Virus record (IMG/VR): IMGVR_UViG_3300038675_000183
Location: 1-41,535 of that record
DNA from: a virus
Taxonomy: Duplodnaviria; Caudoviricetes
Length of the DNA: 41,535 bases
Strand: one strand, 5' to 3'
Shown here: in pieces, positions 7,574 through 14,314 of the stretch
Layout of the letters: the number at the start of each line of letters is the position of its first letter
Numbering within the stretch: position 1 is the stretch's first letter
Made by a program: the position numbers and the translations under genes
Notes under the pieces: generated by a model
What the model was told of the DNA's origin: nothing
The model's database searches: none
Seen by the model: the letters and a program-made list of their open reading frames with translations, nothing else

Positions 7574-8949
7574 AAATTGGATATTTGACATTTGGTCGCG
7601 ATGACTTTAGTTATGGGCTTGCGCTTTGCATTTCGCGCCTTAAAGATGTCGAATTATATCGCGTTACGCCAAAGACGGCCAAATATGTGGATGTTCTTCT
7701 GTTCTCGTGCTTTTGGTGGGAGCATATCTATTTACTGGCTGATTTTTTACGAAAAGCCGGAATAAAAAAGAGCGAGCCGGTGCGGCCGCGCATACTTGTC
7801 GGCGGCTTCAATACATTCAACCCAGTCCCATTCCTTGCTTTTGCCGATGCTGTTATTTGCGGCGATGGCGAATCTATTATAAATCAGGTGGTCAATGGTG
7901 ATTACTCTGCTGATAGCGTTTTAACCGATGATAAAAAATCCGTGAAATGGTGCGACGTTAATCCTCTTGTCGGATTTTGTCACGACACAAATGATATTGG
8001 CCGGCTGGAAATAGCGCGTGGATGTAAAGCAAAGTGCCGTTTCTGCGCAGTATCCGCCTTAAAGCCTTACCGGGAAGTGCCACTTGATGAAGTCGAAAAG
8101 GCGCTGAAGACAACAAAAGCAAAGCGCATCGCCATGTTTTCACCTGAACCTACTTTTCACACATCAAACAATGAGCTTCAAGAACTTTGTCGCAAGTATG
8201 GGAAGACGCGGCTTGATACAGATGTCCGTCTTGACAGAATAGGCCATCGACATATGGACGGCGGCGTTTTAAGATCGGGGATTGAAGGACTTTCGGAACG
8301 GTTAAGGAAATCAGTAGGCAAGCCGTATAAAAATGATTTTATTGTGGAAGCTGTGAGAAAAGCCATTGAGCAGGGTCGCCATGGGATGTTTTTTTATCTT
8401 ATCATGGATCTGCCCGGCGAAACAGACGCGGACTTTGATGAATTTTTGACCATGCTGCACCGGATTGAAGAAATTCCAGGATGTGAAGAGCTTGTTTTGG
8501 TGCCTTCTCCGTCGGTGTTTATGCCGTCGCCTCATACAGCAATGGAATATGATATGATCCATTATGATCGGGACTATGGATCGAAATGGTATAACCTTTT
8601 CCGTGGACATGGATTAAAAGACGGCGTGAATAAACCTTGGAAATTTCAAATGGCTGAACGGGCGCGAATCTTCGGACCTTCGGCGCGGGTTTTGTCGATG
8701 GTTTCAACCCGGTCAGGAGCGGAGTTTGTCGAGATTGAAAAAGAGTTGAAAAAGAAGAAGCTAATTTCAATAAGTGCTGATGGGCGGGTATCATGTAAGG
8801 ATTTGAATGGCTTGGTAGATTCTTTACGGCCGTTCGGCGGAGTAGAAAAATATTGTGGTATCTACACCGCCGAAAAAGCTCCCTGGAAAATATTGTCTAT
8901 TTCAGATCATAAAAACGCGCCGCGAGCGGAGCGGGGAGGTTCTCTTTGA
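7570..8949 (+). CDS. Radical SAM protein with a B12-binding-like N-terminal region
   Basis: EIARGCKAKCRFC (CxxxCxxC); ILVGG....NP.PF..FADAVICGDGE; GIEGLSERLR..VGK; LPGET..D. Confidence 0.9.
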   Translation: MKIGYLTFGRDDFSYGLALCISRLKDVELYRVTPKTAKYVDVLLFSCFWWEHIYLLADFLRKAGIKKSEPVRPRILVGGFNTFNPVPFLAFADAVICGDGESIINQVVNGDYSADSVLTDDKKSVKWCDVNPLVGFCHDTNDIGRLEIARGCKAKCRFCAVSALKPYREVPLDEVEKALKTTKAKRIAMFSPEPTFHTSNNELQELCRKYGKTRLDTDVRLDRIGHRHMDGGVLRSGIEGLSERLRKSVGKPYKNDFIVEAVRKAIEQGRHGMFFYLIMDLPGETDADFDEFLTMLHRIEEIPGCEELVLVPSPSVFMPSPHTAMEYDMIHYDRDYGSKWYNLFRGHGLKDGVNKPWKFQMAERARIFGPSARVLSMVSTRSGAEFVEIEKELKKKKLISISADGRVSCKDLNGLVDSLRPFGGVEKYCGIYTAEKAPWKILSISDHKNAPRAERGGSL

Positions 8950-9070
8950 AAGTCTTAAGCCATGCTCTGCGAGGTAATGCGTTTTTGTATTCAGGAATTA
9001 ATTTTAATACCTGGTTGTTTGAGCAATCAAGATGTTCTTCAACCCATTTTGCTGCTTCTTTTGCTGTCAT
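8897..9070 (-). CDS. Hypothetical protein (57 aa, not in ORF track)
   Basis: AAGGAG RBS; MTAKEAAKWVEEHLDC...; coupled to the upstream minus-strand ORF. Confidence 0.5.
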   Translation of the reverse strand: MTAKEAAKWVEEHLDCSNNQVLKLIPEYKNALPRRAWLKTFKENLPAPLAARFYDLK

Positions 9071-9246
9071 GATGATTTTCTCCTTTCGTCAACTTTTATT
9101 ATTTTTCCACCGCGTTTCAAAAAATCTTCAACCGTTTCGGCTTTTTGGGTATTTTGAAACTGGCGGCTTTCGCACCTTTGGAATAAACGGTCGGTTATGG
9201 CTTCGGCCCTATCCGCTCGTGCTTTGCTAACAAGGCGATTTCTCAT
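9067..9246 (-). CDS. Small protein with FL.RGGKI motif (SutA RNAP-binding-like; not in ORF track)
   Basis: AAAGGAG RBS; MRNRLVSKARADRAE...ETVEDFLKRGGKIIKV... Confidence 0.55.
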   Translation of the reverse strand: MRNRLVSKARADRAEAITDRLFQRCESRQFQNTQKAETVEDFLKRGGKIIKVDERRKSS

Positions 9247-9322
9247 AGATTTCTCCTTTCGGCTCTTTGAAAATTGAATAATGCTTGACTAAGGCCGGGG
9301 TTGGCGGCCCCGGCTGGTGGGG

Positions 9323-9649
9323 TTATTTATTTAATCTGTTAAATAAAAAATCAATTTCGCGCGTTCTACTCATTTCGACATATTCTCTAAAATCTTCTTG
9401 CGTTTCAAATTCGAGCGTCTTTCTGTATGTGTTCAAAAAATTTGCGTCTTTTTGCGCTTGCGAAACTTCCGTTGATGTTGAGTGAAATTTATTGCGTGTA
9501 TCAATGATTTCCAACGCGCGTTTAATACGCGCCGCCGTCCATTTAGTGGTCGGCCTTCCCCCCAACTTCCCGTTTTCCCGGCTTGATGCTGCTTTTTTGG
9601 CGGATTTGATGGAGCCCAGGGCGGCGGCGGCTTTCGATGTGTTTTTCAT
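9323..9649 (-). CDS. Hypothetical basic protein with S..KAA.SRENGK.GGRP motif
   Basis: GGAGG RBS before ATG 9649; motif common in small phage DNA-binding proteins. Confidence 0.65.
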   Translation of the reverse strand: MKNTSKAAAALGSIKSAKKAASSRENGKLGGRPTTKWTAARIKRALEIIDTRNKFHSTSTEVSQAQKDANFLNTYRKTLEFETQEDFREYVEMSRTREIDFLFNRLNK

Positions 9650-9682
9650 GTTTTGTTCCTCCTGTTTTATTTTGTTGATTGA

Positions 9683-9711
9683 AATATATATCCTAGCGTT
9701 CGGTTTGTCAA
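9683..9711 (-). promoter_or_regulatory. Sigma70-type promoter for the minus-strand cassette
   Basis: TTGACA (9711-9706), 17 nt, TATATT (9688-9683). Confidence 0.65.
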
Positions 9712-9812
9712 GCATTATTTTTAAGAGATTTTCAAATATTTTAAAAGTGTAATGATTTTAATAGGTTAGGTGTGAAAATAATTAATAAAATACGGTAAAA
9801 ATGAGGTAAATT

Positions 9813-9875
9813 ATGAGCAGAGGCGGATACAGACCCGGCGCGGGCCGGAAAAAAGGCAAAAAGAAGGAGGGTTGA
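9813..9875 (+). CDS. 20-aa basic peptide MSRGGYRPGAGRKKGKKKEG, in frame with terS
   Basis: GAGGT RBS; GG.RPGAGRK motif; separated from the TerS ATG by TGA-ATA. Confidence 0.4.
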   Translation: MSRGGYRPGAGRKKGKKKEG

Positions 9876-9878
9876 ATA

Positions 9879-10358
9879 ATGGGAAGAAAAAAGAAACCGA
9901 TTAATTTAGTTGTTTTGGAAGGGAATCCCGGCAAGAGGAAAATTCCAGCGACACCGCAACCACCATCTGATATGCCGGACCCACCGAAACACCTTGATGC
10001 CTACGGGCTTGAAGAGTGGGACCGGATCGCTCACGGCCTGAATGTAATGGGCGTATTGTCACAGGTTGACCAATCGGCGTTGGCCGCTTATTGCATGGCT
10101 TACTCCAGGTGGAGGACGGCTGAAGAAGAAATGCAGAAAAGGGTTGCGAAGGGCGGAGCGTTGGCCGGGTTGGTTGATAAGACCGCGGCGGGGAATATCA
10201 TACAGAACTGCCTGGTTGGAATTGCGAATAAAGCCGCGGCGGACATGGTCCGGTATGCGGCGGAGTTTGGGATGACACCATCAGCGAGGGCGAGGTTGGG
10301 TGTCGGGTCCGAAAAACCAAAATCAAAATTTGAGGGATTAATTGGTGTCAAGAAGTAA
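9879..10358 (+). CDS. terS: Terminase small subunit, P27 family
   Basis: GRKKKP....LEGNPGKR; PP.HL.....EW; D..ALAAYC.AYSRW; EFGMTPSARARL. Confidence 0.92.
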   Translation: MGRKKKPINLVVLEGNPGKRKIPATPQPPSDMPDPPKHLDAYGLEEWDRIAHGLNVMGVLSQVDQSALAAYCMAYSRWRTAEEEMQKRVAKGGALAGLVDKTAAGNIIQNCLVGIANKAAADMVRYAAEFGMTPSARARLGVGSEKPKSKFEGLIGVKK

Positions 10359-11913
10359 AAGAGTTCAGAACATTATAGATTTTATTGAGAAGTTGGTTGT
10401 CCCTTCCGGCAAGGGCGAGGGTAAACCGTTTAAACTGCGTCCTTTTCAGAAGAGGTTTATTCAGGATGTTTATGGAGCGACTGATAAGGCGGGCAACAGA
10501 AGAGTGCGTCGCGCCATCCTTGCAATGGGAAGGAAAAACGGTAAATCTGTATTAATTGCCGCTTTAGCCTTAACGCATCTGGTCGGTCCCGAAGCGGTAA
10601 ACAACGGGGAAATATACTCTGCCGCTAATGACAGGGAACAGGCGGCGTTGATTTTTAAATACGGCGCGCAAATAGTCAGGGCTGATGCTGAATTATTGTC
10701 CATTATCAAAATAGTTGATTCCACAAAAACGATGGTATGTTTTGCTAATGGTTCTGTTTATCGTGCAGTGTCGGCGGAAGCAGGGACGAAATACGGCCTT
10801 AATCCGACAGTGGTTATATATGACGAATTGGCGCAAGCGAAAAACAGGGACTTGTATGATGCCCTTGATACTTCGATGGCGGCACGTTTGGAGCCGTTAT
10901 TTATTGTTATCAGTACGCAATCAAACGACCCACAACATATTTTAAGCCAACTCATTGACGACGGTTTATCAGGGAATGACCCGACAACCGTTTGCCATTT
11001 ATATGCCGTACCCGATGACGCGGAAGATGTGTTCACAGATGAAAAACTTTGGAAACTGGCGAATCCGGCTTTAGGTGATTTCCGTTCCCTTGAAGAATTG
11101 AGAACGGCGGCAAAAAGGGCAAAGCGTATGCCGACGTTTGAGGCCGCGTTTAGAAACCTGTATCTAAATCAGAGGGTTAATGCCGAAACGCCATTTATTC
11201 CCCGCGCCGAATGGACTGCCTGTCAGGGAGAATATGAAATTGAACTAAAAGAAGAAATATATTTAGGGTTGGATTTATCCGGCAAGACGGACTTGACTGC
11301 GTTAATCGGGGTAACAGCATCCGATCAGGAAAAAATTAAATGCTGGTTTTGGAAACCGCAAGACACATTACTTGAACACGAAAACAGGGATAGAGTTCCC
11401 TATTCTGTCTGGAAGAATCAAGGAATTATTAACACAACACCAGGACGGGCAATCCAATATCCATTCATAGCGGAAGAACTGGCAAGGATTAACACTGATT
11501 ATGTAATCAAGGGGATGGCCTTTGACCGATACAGAATTGATGATCTGATGAACGCGATGACCGCAATCGGACTGGATTGCTACGTTGACGGAAAAGACAA
11601 GGAACGGGCCGGTTGCCTCCGGCTGGTTCCGTGGGGTCAGGGATATGCGTCTATGACACAGGCGGTTGAGGCATTGGAAGTTTCTGTTTTAGAAAGGAAA
11701 TTAGTACACGACGGTAATCCTTGCTTAACGTGGAACATAAGCAACGCGATGATTATAGCGGACGCCGCGGGAAACCGGAAGCTGGATAAATCAAAAACGC
11801 GGTTTCGCATTGATGGAGCCGTGGCTTTGGCGATGGCAATAGGACTGAAAAGCAGGGATATGAAAGAGGAAATAGAATTTATCTACGACAAATACAGTCT
11901 TGTGAGGGGATGA
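10342..11913 (+). CDS. terL: Terminase large subunit
   Basis: Walker A GRKNGKS; YDE Walker B; ISTQ; ANPALG; GLDLS..TDLTA; RIDGAVALAMA. Confidence 0.97.
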   Translation: MVSRSKRVQNIIDFIEKLVVPSGKGEGKPFKLRPFQKRFIQDVYGATDKAGNRRVRRAILAMGRKNGKSVLIAALALTHLVGPEAVNNGEIYSAANDREQAALIFKYGAQIVRADAELLSIIKIVDSTKTMVCFANGSVYRAVSAEAGTKYGLNPTVVIYDELAQAKNRDLYDALDTSMAARLEPLFIVISTQSNDPQHILSQLIDDGLSGNDPTTVCHLYAVPDDAEDVFTDEKLWKLANPALGDFRSLEELRTAAKRAKRMPTFEAAFRNLYLNQRVNAETPFIPRAEWTACQGEYEIELKEEIYLGLDLSGKTDLTALIGVTASDQEKIKCWFWKPQDTLLEHENRDRVPYSVWKNQGIINTTPGRAIQYPFIAEELARINTDYVIKGMAFDRYRIDDLMNAMTAIGLDCYVDGKDKERAGCLRLVPWGQGYASMTQAVEALEVSVLERKLVHDGNPCLTWNISNAMIIADAAGNRKLDKSKTRFRIDGAVALAMAIGLKSRDMKEEIEFIYDKYSLVRG

Positions 11914-12092
11914 TGAAATCATTACCAGAGAAAGAATTATTAAGACCTGATGAAGTTGCTGAGTTCTGGTCTGTGTCGGTAAAGACGATTTACCGTTGGA
12001 TTGACCTCGGTATAATTCCGGGCGTTAAGAAGGGCGGGACGGTCAGAGTGCCGCGTGAAGAGGCTGAAAAGGGTCAGCCGGTGATGGAATAA
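11910..12092 (+). CDS. Excisionase/MerR-like HTH protein (HTH_17 type)
   Basis: LLRPDEVAEFWSVSVKTIYRWIDLG.IPG.K.GGTVRVP. Confidence 0.85.
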   Translation: MMKSLPEKELLRPDEVAEFWSVSVKTIYRWIDLGIIPGVKKGGTVRVPREEAEKGQPVME

Positions 12093-12117
12093 AACAAAAT
12101 AAGAAAGGGGCAGTATC

Positions 12118-13002
12118 ATGGAAAACACAGAGATTGTGAAGCGGTTGAGTTATTTAGTGAAGAGTTACGAACGGATAACGAAAGTTATCGCACAGACGAG
12201 GCAGACAGGATTAGCATATGGGACACTTGTTGAAGATGCGGATGATGATGTTGATTTGATCTTGAAAGGCAATGGTAAGGAAGTCGGGATGCTCACCGTC
12301 AAAGGCCGGTTAAGCCGTGAGATCGAAAAGGAATTACCGCAATGGGATGTATGGGAAAGGTGGTTAAAGTATGTGCCGGGGATCGGTCCGGCAATCGGAG
12401 CGAAATTAATCCTCATGTTTAATTACAGGTCGGTTGCTGTTTGTAAGGATTGTGGTGGGATGCTAGAAAAAGAGGATAAGCAACTTATTTGTCAAGAGTG
12501 CGGAAAGACAGCCAAAGACGGATTGCTGAAATATCGGATTGAACGCCGTGATTACGCGACTATTTCAAAGTGGTGGGCATATATGGGAAGGCACACGGTT
12601 GATGGTATTATGCCGAAACGGAAATCGGGAGAATTAGCGAACTGGTCAACGGAGGGCCGTACTTTGGGTTTTCACATTGGCGATCAGTTTAATCGGCAAA
12701 AAGAAAGCAATCCCTATAAGGCGTTATTGCTTGAGCATAAGGCGAAACATCAGAGGAATCATCCTGAGTGGTCAAAGGGTCATGTGCATAATGCCGCGAA
12801 GAATGAGGTTGTTAAAATATTCCTTGCCCACTTCTGGACTATATCAAGGACGTTGGAAGGCAAAGAAGTATCGGAACCGTATGCCGGTGCAATTATGGGG
12901 CATACAAATATTATAAAACCGCCGTTTTGGGAAGAGAGCGACACCACCTATGAAACCCAAGGCCGTTATGCGTCCCATTCGGCGGTTGAGATGAGAGCGT
13001 AA
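12118..13002 (+). CDS. tasA: TIGR-associated Nop-domain RNA-guided protein, TasA-like (no nuclease domain), with zinc-ribbon insertion
   Basis: Coiled-coil N-terminus; WLKYVPGIGPAIGAKL; SKWWAYMG; PKRKSGELANWS; IGDQF; HVHNAA...VKIFLAHFW..SR.LEG.....PY....MGH (IS110/Nop-like); directly followed by a 36-nt array. Confidence 0.85.
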   Translation: MENTEIVKRLSYLVKSYERITKVIAQTRQTGLAYGTLVEDADDDVDLILKGNGKEVGMLTVKGRLSREIEKELPQWDVWERWLKYVPGIGPAIGAKLILMFNYRSVAVCKDCGGMLEKEDKQLICQECGKTAKDGLLKYRIERRDYATISKWWAYMGRHTVDGIMPKRKSGELANWSTEGRTLGFHIGDQFNRQKESNPYKALLLEHKAKHQRNHPEWSKGHVHNAAKNEVVKIFLAHFWTISRTLEGKEVSEPYAGAIMGHTNIIKPPFWEESDTTYETQGRYASHSAVEMRA

Positions 13003-13152
13003 GAGATGAGCTATGGACAGAGTGAAACCCATTAGAGTCTTGCGAGCGACTATAACCGTGAAAACCAAATCATATCTGCGAGCGATGGAATTGCTGAACC
13101 CCAATTTACTAATGCGAGCGACTTGAGCATTGAAACCCATTGAATATATGCG
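12937..13152 (+). ncRNA. TIGR array 1: six 36-nt units (one degenerate)
   Basis: Units start at 12937, 12973 (degenerate), 13009, 13045, 13081, 13117; consensus AGCGA-N9-TGAAACCCA-N9-TGCG. Confidence 0.9.
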
Positions 13153-13179
13153 ACAAAATTAAAAAAGGAGAATACCGAG

Positions 13180-13800
13180 ATGGAAAAGAACAAGTTTGAC
13201 AAGTTTTCATTAACCGAATTGGAAACAAAAGTCGAGGAGAGTGCCAAAGATGCGCGGGATGCGCAGAAGATGCAGATTGAGGTTTTGTTTTATCTCAAGG
13301 TGTCTGGGCGTTACAAAGAAAACAAACGGTATGAAAAAGCAACATTCTACAATTACATTGATGACAGATTTAATATCAGAAAAAACACCTATATGGAAAT
13401 GCAGATGGCGTTTATTAAGTTTCCGAAAGAGACAAGGGAGTTTGGTGTTGGTGTTGTATCGCGGGTAATGCGTGATTGCGGTGCGGTTAAGGTTAAGTCG
13501 GTTTTGGAGAAACTCAACTCCGCGCAAGAAGCAAGTAAGACAATTCTCAAGAGAGCGGAAATTGAAGGAATTATCCAGAGTAACTCCAAACCGAAACCAA
13601 TAAAAAAAGAAATCACCGATTGGCGGTTGATGTATGAAACAGAATTGAGAAACCATGAAGCGACGAAAACAAAACTGCATGAGGCGTTGATGACTATTAG
13701 AGAACTGAACAACCAGATTAAAAAGCTAAAGATGACCGCGCAACGTATTACAGACATAAGGGCGATCATTGAAAAGCCGGTGCAACAGATACACGCATAG
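13180..13800 (+). CDS. Putative DNA-binding/coiled-coil protein embedded between the TIGR arrays
   Basis: AAGGAG RBS; L..LK..G.YK....Y...TF..Y..DRF motif resembling ORF 1808-2362; C-terminal coiled coil. Confidence 0.8.
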   Translation: MEKNKFDKFSLTELETKVEESAKDARDAQKMQIEVLFYLKVSGRYKENKRYEKATFYNYIDDRFNIRKNTYMEMQMAFIKFPKETREFGVGVVSRVMRDCGAVKVKSVLEKLNSAQEASKTILKRAEIEGIIQSNSKPKPIKKEITDWRLMYETELRNHEATKTKLHEALMTIRELNNQIKKLKMTAQRITDIRAIIEKPVQQIHA

Positions 13801-13806
13801 GATGTA

Positions 13807-13950
13807 AGCCTTAAGTTTTGTGAAGCCCAAAAAACGAGTGCGAGCGACTAACCATTTGGAACCCACTTGCTTAGTGCGAGCGACGCTTCACATGAAATCC
13901 ACTCCAGCTTTGCGAACGAAATAAACAATGAACCCCAATCCGCGTTTGTG
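13807..13950 (+). ncRNA. TIGR array 2: four 36-nt units
   Basis: Units start at 13807, 13843, 13879, 13915; same edge/loop repeats as array 1. Confidence 0.9.
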
Positions 13951-13955
13951 TCCAC

Positions 13956-13979
13956 AAGGGGAGGTTTTTGCCTCCCCTT
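13956..13979 (+). terminator. Hairpin closing the TIGR locus
   Basis: AAGGGGAGG-TTTTTG-CCTCCCCTT perfect 9-bp stem, followed by AT-rich sequence. Confidence 0.7.
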
Positions 13980-14149
13980 AATTATATTCATTCTTATCTG
14001 TCTTAAACAATCCCATCCTTCTTAGACGTTTCAATAATTACCTGACACAATTAAGCCAGACGATCAGGAAATCCCTGATCCGTTATTCATCCGATGGCCG
14101 CAGTTAATTCTGTGGGGATCAGGAAAGCAGGGGTGGGGCTTCTTATGAA

Positions 14150-14314
14150 ATGATTAAGAAAATCAGCGGAGCTATAACACTGCGAGATGTTCTTATTATT
14201 ATTGGCCTGTCACTTATTGGTGTCGGGCTTTACCTGTTTCTGCCGTGGGTATCTTTTACCGTCTGCGGGGCTTTAATCCTCGTTGGCGGTTTTTTTATGC
14301 AGGAGAAAAAGTAA
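14150..14314 (+). CDS. Small two-TM membrane protein upstream of portal (54 aa, not in ORF track)
   Basis: MIKKISGAITLRDVLIIIGLSLIGVGLYLFLPWVSFTVCGALILVGGFFMQEKK; stop abuts the portal ATG. Confidence 0.7.
   Translation: MIKKISGAITLRDVLIIIGLSLIGVGLYLFLPWVSFTVCGALILVGGFFMQEKK

Noticed and set aside
8946-9752. Plus-strand ORFs 8946-9230, 9285-9485 and 9492-9752
   Set aside because: These are shadows of minus-strand genes that have clear RBSs and a promoter.
9873-9875. Genome-wide stop-codon reassignment
   Set aside because: Genes are intact under the standard code, and TGA, TAA and TAG all terminate well-defined genes.
11910-12092. HTH protein as a true excisionase marking an integration module
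   Set aside because: No integrase or att site nearby; position after terL suggests a packaging or late-gene regulator.
12118-13002. IS110/IS116 transposase (insertion sequence)
   Set aside because: Lacks the N-terminal DEDD RuvC-like domain and the catalytic-serine SG motif; the adjacent 36-nt array fits Tas instead.
12937-13950. 36-nt arrays as CRISPR or as a coding repeat
   Set aside because: Constant parts are only 9 nt and alternate between two types around 9-nt variable segments. No cas1/cas2 is present. Most units lie outside credible ORFs.
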